Below, one piece after another: positions 11,559-23,831 of a DNA stretch of 64,000 nucleotides; the first letter of the stretch is position 1; each line of letters starts with the position of its first letter. The stretch spans positions 327,867 through 391,866 of the forward strand of contig NIVC01000107.1 in NCBI GenBank assembly GCA_002269645.1, in the 5' to 3' direction. The notes under the pieces were generated by a model. The model made no database searches. It saw only the letters and a list, made by a program, of their open reading frames with translations, and had not been told where the DNA came from. The translations under genes were made by a program, and so were the position numbers. The DNA comes from Macrostomum lignano. Taxonomy: Eukaryota.

Positions 11559-12786
11559 GGCGAGAACTGACTGTCTGAATGAACGGGGGGAGGGGGTAGG
11601 GTTGGGATCAGCTCTCAGGCAGCTGTCAGACCAGAGAGTCGGACTGACATCAGTGGCTCTACAAATGAAAAAAACCGTTAGACCAAGCAAGGAGAACAAT
11701 TAGTTTTACAAAATTACGAGTAGTAATGTTGGGTTACTTCCTTAGTACTTAAGCAGTAACCCTGTTGTTATATATAAATGTTGTCTGTTGTCTCTTTCGA
11801 TTGAAGCTAAAATAAACCTTGATGATGTCCGCTTTGGACGAAAAGCTTTGGCACGAGCTAATTGCACAACATTTTTCCTAGCTGCTGGTTCTATTTTTGA
11901 ATCTGACGCTGATCTCAGAAAAATAATAATGGAGGTTACTAAAAAAAGTCACGTACCGGAGCAGCAGTTGACAGATTTGACCCAATGGCTCACAAGGTAC
12001 AGCCTACCTGATCGATATTTTAGTTCCATATTTCTGCTTTAAATAGCTATCCAAATATATACCATATGGTTGAACCTGTTATGAGGGATTTTTAGTGAAG
12101 AAAACTAGCAATCAGCGCCCCCTGTTGGGGAGCCAACATGGTATGGAATAAAAATTATTGAACAAACTACATTTAGCTTCTGACCTCTAAGCCTTGACAT
12201 TTCAGCAATTCTCCCCAAGAGTCGCAGCATTAGCAACCTCTCCCCCTCAGGGCTTGACATCTTAGCAATTGATCCCTAATGAACCTTTTGTGTTTGACAC
12301 TTCAGTCTGTTTGACTCTTCTTTTACGTTAGACATGACAAAAAGTTTTCGTTTCACTGGGGACGGTGCAAAGTATGAAGTTAGTGCGTTTCGAGAGAGGT
12401 TGGCCCCCTGTTCCACATTTCTGTGGGACCAACAAATTTAAAGTTAAGAGACGCAGCTTTATAAGCTTCAATGACAACTCTCACAGCAGTCATATTCATA
12501 TCACAGGAGCACCCACGGGTTCGCTTGTAAATTTGCAGCTACTGTTCGAAAATGAAAAGAGCAAATTAGCGAGATCACTTACCGAAATACAGATGCTGAG
12601 AATGGCTTAGCGACTTTGTAGCACGGCTGGTTTATGTGAGTTGGTTTTGCTGGCCATTTAGTTTCAGATACATGTATAATATACAGTGTATACCATGCAG
12701 TCATATATGAACATGTACAATAGTTGGAATGGCGGACCCCCTACGCACTTAAAATCTAATTGGGGCGAGAATGTCAGATACAAATA

Positions 12787-14131
12787 CGAGGTGTATTCAA
12801 AAAGTTCTTTTCGGTGCCCTACAAAACTGAACACAAAACAACTGGAACTATGAAAACACTGTTAGATTGCTTAACATGATTCGGTCACTCAACATATTCA
12901 CCGCCAATGTCTTTGCACTTCTGCCAGCGATTTACCAGGCCTCTGATTCCGGAACTCACACCACTCGCGTCCGTTTGGCGAACAGCTTGATTGCATGCAG
13001 CCTCAATGTGCTCGACGCTGTCGAATCGAATGCCCCGAAGGTGCTTCTTCACAGATGGAAATAAGAAGAAGTCGCACGGCGACAAATCAGGCGAATAGGC
13101 TGGATGTTGGAGCACTTCCCATCCCCATTTGCTCAGGAGTTCCACGACGTTGTGCTTGCGATGTGCTGGCGCATTGTCGTGCAGCAGGATCACGCCAGAT
13201 TCCAGCAGATCAGGGCGCTTCTTTCGTATTGCTGGGCGCAGCTTCTCCTGCAGAATCCACTTGTAGTAGTCCCCATTGACGGTGGTTCCTTGTGGGACTG
13301 CCCAGTTCAGCAGGATTCCTTGGGAATCAAAAAACATGACGTGCATGATCTTCATCGCGCCCTGCTTCCTGATGGCCTTCTGAGGTCTTGGAGAATGTGC
13401 TGGAAGCCATTCGGCAGACTGGGCCTTTGTCTCAGGATCCCAGCTGTAAACCCACGTCTCGTCTCCAGCTACAATTCTTGATAGAAAATCCTCCCCTTCT
13501 CGATGGAACCGACGCAGGTGGCTGCTTGAAGCCACAGTTCGCTGCATCTTTTGCTCACCTGTCAGCAGGTGTGGCACCCACTTGCAAAACTTTTTCTGCA
13601 GGTGAAGACGCTCCGTCAGAATGGTGTGGACGCTTCCTACTGACACACCAACGTCTTCTGCCAACTCTTCGCAAGTCCGTCGCCGATCATCATCCAGGAG
13701 CTCTTGCACTTTCTTCACAACAGTCTCGTTGGTTGCAGTCATCGGCCTTCCAGAGCGATCATTGTCCTCAACGCTCTCTCTTCCCTCAGCGAACAGCCGG
13801 TACCATTTTCGAACTGTCTGCTCAGTTGGTGCACATTTGCCAAGCACTTGCTGAAGCTCCCTAAACATATCCGGTGGCTTTTTTCCTTGCAGAAACTGAA
13901 ACTTCATCAAGCTTCGAACGTCTTGCTTTGAAAATGATTCAGCCATGGCCAAGAAATTGAGTGGTAGCTGATAGAAATGTTCGCTGCTCTAACATAGTTG
14001 CAAACTGAGACTTAAAACCCTAGGAACGTTTAGGCCATAGACATAACTTGGTGAAATCGCTAAAATTCTGTTTACAAGGCTTTTTAAAAATAAATGCCAA
14101 AGGACCGAAAAGAACTTTTTGAATACACCTC
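12787..14131 (-). mobile_element. Mariner (Tc1/mariner, DD34D) DNA transposon, near full length
   Basis: 28-bp TIRs gaggtgtattcaaaaagttcttttcggt at 12788-12815 and 14104-14131. TA at 12785-12786. The right end is followed by a small duplication (gaatacacct) instead of a clean TA. Confidence 0.92.
12885..13952 (-). CDS. Mariner transposase, 355 aa, uninterrupted
   Basis: HTH region, WVPHLL, GDETW, HDNAPAH and YSPDLSPCDF motifs (D,D34D triad). Confidence 0.95.
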   Translation of the reverse strand: MAMAESFSKQDVRSLMKFQFLQGKKPPDMFRELQQVLGKCAPTEQTVRKWYRLFAEGRESVEDNDRSGRPMTATNETVVKKVQELLDDDRRRTCEELAEDVGVSVGSVHTILTERLHLQKKFCKWVPHLLTGEQKMQRTVASSSHLRRFHREGEDFLSRIVAGDETWVYSWDPETKAQSAEWLPAHSPRPQKAIRKQGAMKIMHVMFFDSQGILLNWAVPQGTTVNGDYYKWILQEKLRPAIRKKRPDLLESGVILLHDNAPAHRKHNVVELLSKWGWEVLQHPAYSPDLSPCDFFLFPSVKKHLRGIRFDSVEHIEAACNQAVRQTDASGVSSGIRGLVNRWQKCKDIGGEYVE

Positions 14132-14844
14132 TGAATACACCTTTTGAATGTACCAGCATATTCTGTTCGCAACTGCACTCTCTGGCTGTGATCGGTACAG
14201 TACGGAGCTAAGAGGAAGTTTGGGGAAATTGAGGGGGAACTTCATTGTTTCTCAATCCTCGTCTCCCTCCTTACGTACATGCGTGACGGAGTCATATCAC
14301 GGGTCTGGGTGATTGCGAGCTACATTCAACTGGCTCTCTCGAGGGCTCGATCACAATCTTGTTCAGTTACCACATAGTCTATACAAAAGAATCCACATTG
14401 ACTGTATGTGTGGTAGCCCAGCATTAATGTTGATCGATAATTTCCACCTTTTCCTAATGGCAACGCCAAGCAACGGACGCTGACGAGCTCGCTCGAACAA
14501 CAGCAAGTTGAGATGCCTTCAAGTTTGAGTTAGCAACGCCGAGCCGTGCTACCCACACTCAGTGCAGGTGTTCATGCTTTACCGGCGGTGACAGGTGCGC
14601 ACTCAGTGTTTCGTCGACTGCCTGCTGGCTCGTGCTGTCACCCGAATTTGGTAGGCGGCGGGAATGGCCTTTGTTTTCGCGCTATAACGCTGCTTTTTTT
14701 AGGCTGTAGGCATTCTGGCTCGCGCTCAACGCTTTCGGGGCGAAATCGTCTCAAAAAACCAGCAGTTTTGCCCATTTCGCAGACTCCAGAGCACATGCAT
14801 GCGCAAGCGCGCAAACACTGTACGCTTGGGGATTGACAAACCCC

Positions 14845-14958
14845 CTGTGACCAATTTTCCTGCACACAAGCCCCAAATGAGCGAGGCCACACAAGGAATC
14901 GAACCCGGGTTCTTGGCGGGAGAGTCGGACTCGGTTCACCACTGAGCTGATCCGCCCC
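14845..14958 (-). mobile_element. tRNA-derived SINE-like fragment (family B)
   Basis: Minus strand ggggcggatcagctcagtggt...gggttcgattcc (A and B boxes). Related degenerate pieces at about 24905-24975 and 50640-50715. Confidence 0.6.
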
Positions 14959-15880
14959 GTCCGTAACTGTACGAGTATGGAGGGCGGGGATCCTTGACAG
15001 ACGGTTAAAGGATGTCGATATTTCACCAAAAACTATGAGCACTGGTTTTCAAGGAATTCAATCTAAGGAATTCAAGCCTGGACATCCAGTCCAAGGAAGC
15101 AGCTTCTTAAAGATGTACTTTAGCAGAACAGACAGCTGCCCCTAAACTAGAATGAGCTGCCTCTAGATCTTCTTCTACGAGCTAGAAGCTGAAGCCGCAA
15201 CAATAGGCTAGCTTGTGTTCGTGAATTTTGTGTTTCACCTTTGGGATAGTTCTACAGGTGCAACCGAAGGAACTCGAGCTGTCCGGCTTTGACTTGCGTC
15301 CGAGCAGCGTACATACCATACTACTTTTTAATAAACCAAACCAATTGAACTAAAAATACAATTGACTGCTGGTCTTATAGAAATGTCATTACCTGATTAT
15401 TTATTTTTTAAATCAAACCAAATCAACTCGCAGTATCAAAAACATTGAATGTTGAAGTCTGTGACAGTAGAAAGCGTGAAAAAACTGCATTAAAATACAG
15501 CCTGATATTTGGTAAACGAGTATGAATATAGATGGATATAGTGCTGCATAATTACTGGTTCTACTCAGAAGCGCTAAGCTGGCTCTAAGAGCGAATGAAT
15601 AAGACACTAAAAATAGCATCAGCCAGAGTAGGCACACAGGAGTTGCAGCATTTATTTCTCATTAGTGATATAGAAAAAGGGAAGCACACATCAGATTGGA
15701 AACATGTAGAAGAAAATTTGTGCTAAAATTTACACTCAAAATATTTTTATTTTATAACCAATGCTCAAGCTACACTACTCGGGCAAGCAAGTCAGTAGCA
15801 TCCAACGAGTGCATTAGCCGGGCGGTGGGCACGCGGGTTAAGCGGAGAACATTTTGGACAGCAATAATGTCAGGCAGGGG

Positions 15881-16150
15881 TCCATAGACACGGACAGGGG
15901 GTCAGGTGGGGTCCATAGACACGGACAGGGGGTCAGGTGGGGTCCATAGACACGGACAGGGGGTCAGGTGGGGTCCATAGACACGGAGAGGGGGTCAGGT
16001 GGGATCCATAGACATGGACAGGCGGGGTCAGGTAGGCTCCATAGACACGGACAGGCGGGGTCAGGTAGGCTCCATAGACACGGACAGGCGAGGTCAGGTA
16101 GGCTCCATAGACACGGACAGGCGGGGTCAGGTGGGGTCCATAGACATGGA
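15881..16150. repeat. Minisatellite, 32-33-bp unit, containing the stop codon of the ZNF gene
   Basis: gtcaggtggggtccatagacacggacagg(c)gg repeated about 8 times. Confidence 0.9.
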
Positions 16151-16951
16151 CAGGCGGCGCGCGTGGGCCCGCAGGTGGCGCACCAGGTCGCCGGGGCGCT
16201 GGAAGCCGCGCGGGCAGATCACGCAGTCGAGTCGGCGACCGGCGGCGATGGCGTCTTCGTCCTCGTGCGCCCGCCGGTGGCTGTCCAGGTGGCTGCGGCG
16301 GGCGAAGCGGTGCTGGCAGAGGTCACACTGGAACGGCCGCTCGTTGGCGTGCAGGCGGCGGTGGCTCAGCAGGGAGCCGCTCTGGGCGAAGCTGCGGCCG
16401 CACTGGGCGCAGGCGAAGGGCCGCTCGCCAGAGTGCGTGCGGCGGTGGCGGGACAGGTCGGTGTTGCGCGGGAACTGCCGGCCGCACTGGTCGCAGCTGA
16501 ACGGGCGCTCGTCGGTGTGCCGGGCCCGCAGATGGCTGCGCAGGTTGCTGAGGCGGGCGAAGCTGGACGGGCACTGCTCGCAGCTGAAGGGCCGCTCGCC
16601 GCTGTGCACCCGCATGTGGCTGCTGAGGTGGCTCCGCTGGCCGAAGGCGAGGCCGCAGTCGCCGCAGCGGTGCGGTTTCGCGTGGCTCCGCCGATGCCGA
16701 GACAGCTGGCGGAGCTCCGGGAAGCGGCGCGGACAGTCCGGACAGCTGAACTGCTCGGCCGCGGCGGCCTCCATGGCGTCAGGCGGCTGGCGCTGGTCGG
16801 GCGCGGACTGCCGATCCTCAGTGTGCGGCGGCTGCTGCTGCAAGTCGGGCATGGCGGGGCGGGGGTCAGAGACCAGCTGCTCAGCCGCGGTGTGCATATA
16901 TTGGGGCCGGCAGCGGCTCACATGCCGGCTCACTGTGTGGCAATGCGCCAT
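16127..16951 (-). CDS. C2H2 zinc-finger protein (7 fingers)
   Basis: Seven C-x2-C-x12-H-x3/4-H fingers with SGERPF/TDERPF linkers. The true start may lie in an upstream exon. Confidence 0.9.
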   Translation of the reverse strand: MAHCHTVSRHVSRCRPQYMHTAAEQLVSDPRPAMPDLQQQPPHTEDRQSAPDQRQPPDAMEAAAAEQFSCPDCPRRFPELRQLSRHRRSHAKPHRCGDCGLAFGQRSHLSSHMRVHSGERPFSCEQCPSSFARLSNLRSHLRARHTDERPFSCDQCGRQFPRNTDLSRHRRTHSGERPFACAQCGRSFAQSGSLLSHRRLHANERPFQCDLCQHRFARRSHLDSHRRAHEDEDAIAAGRRLDCVICPRGFQRPGDLVRHLRAHARRLSMSMDPT

Positions 16952-17460
16952 TCACATTTCTGCTGCAGTCCCCACCTCACTGAGCTCTGCTCACAGCTCT
17001 CAACACTTCCTCGGACCACCCGGGCCAAGGTGGCTTTTTTCTAACTGCTGCTTTTTTATCGGCCTGCCGCGCTATCTTGCTGGGCCTCCCTCTCTCTCTC
17101 TCGCTCAGACCACTGGCAGCAATCTATGGGAACACCTGTGGAACACCTGCCAGAAGTGAGACGTCCTTTTCTATTTTAAAAAATGGGTGAGCAGGGTGTT
17201 CTTCATTTGCCGATAACTCAGCTAGCTCAGCTAAAATATGCCAAAGAAACAAGCAAGGTGAAAGACGCACAGGTGTATTGAAATAAAAATAGGGCATGAA
17301 ACAAAAGTGAAATTGAATAGGAAATCAAAGCGTGTATTTGCCATCGGCCTGGCTGTGACCAAGCAGAGCGATTCGTACATTGCGAGCTCAGCTCGGCAGG
17401 CCATGAAGTCACTGGGTGCCGCAGCATTAGCTGGATATGAATGAAACTGGCTGCCGCAGC

Positions 17461-19609
17461 TCACACGGGCTTCGTGACCATCAGAGCAGCTGACGGGCAC
17501 AGGTCCAGCGTGTACAGCGGCTTCTCCATGTCCTCAGCGGTGAACACCCGCTTTGGGAACAGCGTCATAAGGGCGAAGTCCTCACCAGCCCGGCCGTCTG
17601 TCCGGTTGGTTCGAACGTAGCAGGCCACCGCCGCGAGGCTCTCCTTGGCGCCGAACTGGGCAGTGAGAGGCTGGCCGCCGCCCGGCAGGCGGATCTGCAG
17701 CCGGCAGGTGTCGCCGTCCGACACCGCGGCGGGGGTCGCCGCCTTCGGCAGGCTCGGGCCAGATGGCGCGCCAGCGGCAGCCGCAGGGGCAGCCGGTTGA
17801 CCCGCGGCCGCTCGGCGCTCTTCGGCTTCGCGCGCCTCCATCTCGGCGCGGTCCTGCGCGTAGCGCTGCCTAATGCGCGCCAGGTATTCGCGCTGCTCCT
17901 CCTTCTCGCGCCGGCGCGCCTCGGCCTCGCGCTTTAACTCCTGCTCAGCGGACTCCTCGCGCCACTTTTTGAGGCCTTTGCCGTCCGTGCGCCGCTTCCG
18001 CTCGCGCTCCAGCTCCGCCCGGCGCTCCTCAGCCTCCCGCTCTTGGCGCTTCGCCTCCAGCTTGGCCTCCAGCTGGCGCAGCTGCTCCGCCTTCTCCTCG
18101 GCTGTCAGGGCGCGGACCTGCGGTTAGGGCGGGGCGGATTCTGCTTGCGAGCTGAGATGGGGCGGATCATCCATCCGCTAGTTGGGGGCGGATTATCCGC
18201 TAGTTTGGGGGCAGTGGCGAATCTGGCATTAGACAATGAGTTCGCTGACATTAACAGCCCTTCCCCAGCTGCTCACCTCCTCCGTGGACTGGGAGAAGTT
18301 GGCGTGGCCGGTCTTGGCGGCGTGGAACTCGGCCTCGGCCGGGCTGCGGAACAACTTGCCGCAGTCGTCGCACTTCAAAGATTTTGCATCGGCATCGGTG
18401 GCCTCCGCCGAGCCGGCGGTGCCTCCCGCCGACTCTCCTGACGCCGCCGACGAAGCAGCTGCCGCGTTGGCTGCCGGCGCGGGCTCCGGTTCCGGGATCG
18501 GGTCGTCAATATCCGGGTCATCCTGGTGGCTGGACAGCCTGTGGAATTTCCGAGGAAAAAGCAGAGTTAGGCAATGTTGGCATTGCCGAGTCAGCTGGGG
18601 TAAGATCGCTACTTGGTTAGAGGCGATTCTCAGCTGAGGTCAGATGGCGGTTCTCATGGTGAGATCGGGGGGCGATTCTCATGGTGAGATCAGGGGAGGA
18701 TTCTCATGGTGAGATCAGGGGGCGATTCTCATGGTTAGATCAGTGGGCAATTCTCATGGTGAGATCAGGGGGCGATTCTCATGGTGAGATCAGGGGGCGA
18801 TTCTCATGGTGAGATCAGGGGAGGATTCGCATGGTGAGGTCAGGGGGCGATTCTCATGGTGAGATCAGGGGAGGATTCGCATGGTGAGGTCAGTGGGCAA
18901 TTCTCATGGTGAGATCAGGGGGCAATTCTCATGGTGAGATCAGGGGGCAATTCTAATGGTTAGATCAGGGGGCGATTATCATGGTGAGATCAGGGGGCGA
19001 TTCTCATGGTGAGATCAGGGGAGGATTCGCATGGTGAGGTCAGGGGGCGATTCTCATGGTGAGATCAGGGGAGGATTCGCATGGTGAGGTCAGGGAGCGA
19101 TTCTCATGGTGAGATCAGGGAGCGATTCTCATGGTGAGATCAGGGAGCGATTCTCATGGTGAGATCAGGGAGCGATTCTTATGGTGAGATCAGTAGGCGG
19201 TTCTCAGGTGGTATCAGGTGTCAGTATGGTCAGGGTGGATCCTCGGTTGATGTCAGAGAGTGACTTTGGTCTATCAAAATTCAAAGCCAAAATCGACAAA
19301 CTAAATAAGTTATTACATTGTTACGATATTACTTGTAATATTAGTATACTCGTACTAATTAAACCAGCAAAAACATGAGTTGGAGAAACTTGAAGTAATA
19401 CAATGGACTTACCAGTCCATTGCTGCTTCAATCCCTTTGTTCCCCGACTTCAACAGAGCTTTTTTTCTAAAAATAAAAGACAAAATAACGATTTCACTGG
19501 CAATGTAGCTTGTAGACATAGCAAGTGATTTATTTGGCATTTCTTACGCTCTGATTTCGGAGAAACCCATGTCTAAGAGCATGCTCAGGTTGGAGTCATT
19601 GGATGACAT
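17461..19609 (-). CDS. UBXN1: UBX domain-containing protein 1 (UBA, C2H2-like finger, coiled coil, UBX)
   Basis: Exons 19609-19548, 19466-19413, 18538-18277 and 18117-17461 with compatible phases. LLDMGFSE..A.KAL..SGNKGIEAAMDWL (UBA), KSLKCDDCGKLFRSPAEAEFHAAKTGHANFSQSTEE, and C-terminal CRLQIRLPGG...FPKRVF UBX. Confidence 0.93.
18645..19200. repeat. Intronic minisatellite, about 25-bp unit
   Basis: gattctcatggtgagatcagggggc tandem copies in UBXN1 intron 2. Confidence 0.95.
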
Positions 19610-19901
19610 GGCAGATTCGACTGTTGCTGGAAGTATTGGATTTGAAAGTTCATTTGTTTAATTGACTTAATTTGAAGGTTTAAGATAAATTATAATACCT
19701 GGTCATTCAGAAGTTATTGTATTTTACAAGTAAAAATTATAATTAGTTAGAAAACATGTATGCATTATATGTACATGCAATGTGTGTAAGGCCTTCTCTA
19801 TTTTTGTACAATTAATAATGCTTTTTGCACAAATTGAATTTGCACAAAATCTCTGAAAAAATATTATGTTGAAATATTTATACATGTAATTCAACAGGCC
19901 A

Positions 19902-20114
19902 GGGGGTTGTAGCCTAGAGGTTAGAAAGTTGGACTCACGACTGAAACTGAAAAGTCGGGGGTTCAATTCCTAATCCCACTGGAAAAATTTGTGTCCATGA
20001 GCAAGACACTTAATTCTGCATTGCTTCAGTTCACCCAGCTGTAAAATGGGTGCCAGCATTAGCTGGGGTAATTGAAGGTGTGTGTGGCGACCCCAAGTCC
20101 TTGGACTGAACAGC
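19902..20114 (+). mobile_element. tRNA-derived SINE with CORE-like central domain (family A, copy 1)
   Basis: A box (tagcctagaggtt) and B box (ggttcaattcc), then tgtgtcc.tgagcaagacacttaa...cacccagctgtaaaatggg. Two other copies in the window. Confidence 0.8.
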
Positions 20115-21991
20115 TATACTTATTTGACAATGACCAATTTTTTAAAGTAAGATGTGGAAAGCCTTTTTTATTCTTTATTTTTAAGCAAAAATCTAATTTT
20201 CTGTGATTTCAAATCTGCACAAAAACTAAAAAACAAACTTTTTGTTTAAATACTCATATTTTTCTAAATATTTTTGTGATTTTTTGTTTTAAATGAACCA
20301 AGAAAATAGTATAAATAGATGCAAATTTTCAGACAGGAGAATCAACCTTGCCAACTGTGGTTACATATAATCAATAATAAACTAGGCCTAGCAGTTAACA
20401 ATAAGTGTTCCAAATGAAATTAAATCTTTGAGAATTCAATTTGACTTGGTTAATTTTCTGAGTAAAGTAGAAGGATTATAAGAATATACCATATATACTA
20501 CTGAGAAGTAGAAAACCATAGTAAAAGAGACAAAGTAGATCTTGAAGCAGACATATAGAGGCCATGACCTTCTAATCTCAGAAATGCCCAGGACTAGAAA
20601 GATCAATACATGCAATCCATATACTAGTAGAATATATACTGCTCAGATCAGATATTTATATATATAACACTACTAGAATTAATTAAGAATGCTACCAATG
20701 GAATAATAATGCTACCAGTAAGAAATAGGAAATACTAAGAACTATTACTTAGACTAATACTTAGATATATACTCAGACTTAGACAAATATTCAGTTACAT
20801 ATACTAAGAATAAAAGTCCTGCAACGACTGAAAGAGAACAACATAACCATCGGGAAGGATAAGTGCAAGTTTTTAGTGGATTAAAATAATCTTCATGGGA
20901 ATGCTGCTAACTTGCAAGGATATTTAGGGTCTCAACCAATTCTAAGAAAGTAGAGAATTAGCTCAGGAACAACTTGGTGGAAGCTTTTAGGACATTTACA
21001 GAGACTGAAGCAAGACCTTAGTGACACCACACTCTCAAATCTGCTACATAGTATGCCAGAAAAAATGACCCCCTATACCATAAATTCAAATTTACACCAC
21101 AAAAAACTAATTTACTTGTGATCTATATGCCAGACATTATCAAAAAAGCATTGCGACAATGAAGGATTTTTTTGTTGCAGCAATACAAGAATAATTTTTT
21201 CTTGGAATTGGGATCAGGATTTGGGATCAGGTCTTTTAGTATATTGAAGTTTGTAGGTCCATATAAAGTTAAACAAAATTGAGCAAAAAATGTCAATATC
21301 AAAAGTATAACACAACAAAATTGATGCAAAGTTTTGTAATTAACAAAGTAATAATGTAATGAATACAAGTTAAAACAAAATACATTTAAATTTAACATAA
21401 CATAACACATTTAAATTTAAATATTTACTAATTCTATAAACTTTTGATCAAAAGAACTGTTCCCAATTCTTGTGTTTTTTAGGGTTGGGATCCTAGTCCC
21501 ATAGGAATACAATTTTCCTTGGGATCCTAAGATTTTGGGATTGGGATCCCATCTAACAGTCCAGTGCTGCCACTAGGCCTACCTGCATTTTTAATGCAGC
21601 TACATTTTTTAGCTCTGGCTCTGTGTTATGCAATAATTTTTTCACCAGGCATAATATCTGCATTTTTTCTTATTATATTATATAGGCCCTACACTGTACC
21701 CTGTACCCATCCTTTTTCATGATTATAAATAAACAAGCCTAGTTGGCAGTCAAATTTTGACTCTGTTTCATACTTGTCTTTTTAATTTTAAGTAACATTT
21801 TTGGTATCTAGCAGTCAGCAAAATGATCATTTGTTTTATTTAATGCTGTCACTCTCCTCTCACTTAAAGCACAAATTAATTAATCCTTTCCATATATTTC
21901 AGTGTCCTTATTTTGCAAATCAAACTACTGTCATAGCCAAGTGCCAATGATAATACCAAATAGCAAAGAACCTAGTAAAAGCCACCAAACT

Positions 21992-22415
21992 CTTTTCAAG
22001 AGAGCTGGATTAAGAAATTGAATACACAGACTTGGTTTCGAAAAGGCAAAACCCCAACAATTGCTTTGTGCTCAGCCTGCAACGATGCCAAAATATCTGT
22101 GGCCCAAGCAGGCATTTAAGCTCTGCGTCAGTCAGCACAAGAAGGGTACTAAGCACATTGTTGCTGTTTCTACCATGAAGTCGCAGCAAGCACTCTATCA
22201 AGCATTTTTTTGTTGAGCCCCTGGCTGAAAAGGTTGATGCAGCTAAACCAGCTTATCAAGTTATAGAAGCTGAGCTTTGTTGGTGTCTCCATCTGTGCAA
22301 AACAAATACCACAATCAATTCGCAGGATCATTTGGCCCATCTTTTTGATCAAATGTTTCCAGACAGCCAAATTGCTAAAAGATGACCTACGGTTAAACAA
22401 AGCTATTGTACCTTC
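21992..22415 (+). pseudogene. Degenerate hAT-type transposase fragment (N-terminal zinc finger region)
   Basis: With stops and frameshifts: FQESW..TWFRKG..ALCSACN..ISVAQAGI*ALRQ/HKKGTKH and AELCWCLHL...N.QDHLAHLFDQMFPDSQIAKKMTYG*TK, matching the hAT AE..W...FPDS.IAK...GRTK motif. Confidence 0.7.
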
Positions 22416-22644
22416 TTACTTATGCCATGGATCTATTTTTCTAGAAAAGTCTGGTAGAACTGCTGAAAACGACACCAAAACGACACTAGGCCTACTATGT
22501 CTATCATGCCCATAATGTATATGTCATTAGGCCTATATAAATTATTTAATGAGTCAGTTCTTTAGGTCTCTGCCTCAGGGATTAAGTTAATATAAAAAAT
22601 TTTGGGTAGGATGTTGGCATAGACCTTAGTCCTATACCTAAAGT

Positions 22645-22649
22645 AAGTT

Positions 22650-22685
<36 letters not shown>

Positions 22686-22686
22686 A
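22645..22686. repeat. (GTA)n microsatellite
   Basis: Direct reading. Confidence 0.95.
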
Positions 22687-23312
22687 GTTTGGCTGAGGCA
22701 AGAAGCCTGTATGGCAAATATATTTCAATGCATTTAATAAATTTCAATAAATCACACTGAATAGTAATTCAAGAGAGAAGGATGGAGTTTTGCAATAATA
22801 TGTAATGTATCTTTATATCTATTTTAAAAGTAATCATATTTTGTACTTATTTTAAATTGTGCATTGTTTGTACTTGTATTGTATTCTATTTATATTTTAC
22901 TGTACTTTTTACTGTATGTATTTATGTTCATTTTGCTGGACAGTTTAAAATGAAGCTTGTTTTAATGACTAATAATTAACTAATGTAAATATGAGTCATC
23001 GTTTTTTGTAAGAGTTCGCCGATCTAATTTGGCACTCTGGTCTCGACTGACGATGCAAATATTCAAATGGGACTTCTCGGCAACTAAGTTATTACAAATA
23101 TAGTATTTGAAAGAGCACCAAATTTTTCTACGAAACTTTAAACGATCTTTAACGACTAACAAAGCAAAAAGTGAGTAAGAAATTAAAAAACAAGTATTGT
23201 ATGAAATTGATGAATAGCAATTCGATTGATCCCGTAGGTAATGAAAAATAAGTTGGCGTCACTAGGGGAGCGCATAGATGCTGGCAGGGAGACAGGATTT
23301 CAATACTAATCT

Positions 23313-23831
23313 CAAGGACCACTAGAAGTTACCGTTGTATCAGAACGCAACACTCGTAAATATTGCAAAATTATTTGAAGGCCCGCTTGTTTGCATTGCA
23401 GCTGAACTTTAAATGCTCATAACTCCGGACTGGTTGCACTTAAAAAGATTTTTTTTTCGCCAGGTTGCTCAAAATTTTGTTTTCTTTAACATGATGCAAG
23501 TTTGGCGCTATATCTACATGTAGGAGCGGCGGGCGTACAGTAAAGTAACGGCAATACACAATATTTCATTGCATACAAAATGAATAAAGTTTCAGTTACT
23601 ATCTTAAACTATCTAGATTTAACAGATTAAAGCCTAAATAAAGTATAAATACACCTATTTATGGAGCTTCTGAGGCTCAAATGTAGTGCATGCTTCTTTA
23701 AAACAGTCAAGTAGAATACTTTTTTGAAGGCAAGTACCGATAAATACACGTAAACAAGCGGGCCTTCAAATAATTTTGCAATATTTACGAGTGTTGCGTC
23801 CTGATACAACGGTAACTTCTAGTGGTCCTTG
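23313..23831. mobile_element. MITE, 519 bp, about 80-bp TIRs starting CAAGG, 8-bp TSD
   Basis: TIR caaggaccactagaagttaccgttgtatcag...gcccgcttgttt matches the right end with one mismatch. TSD actaatct at 23305-23312 and 23832-23839. CA termini plus 8-bp TSD fit the P or hAT superfamilies. Confidence 0.9.

Noticed and set aside
14888-14958. tRNA gene
   Set aside because: A and B boxes are present, but the cloverleaf and anticodon arm are not intact and it continues into SINE-like body sequence. The same applies to the family A heads.
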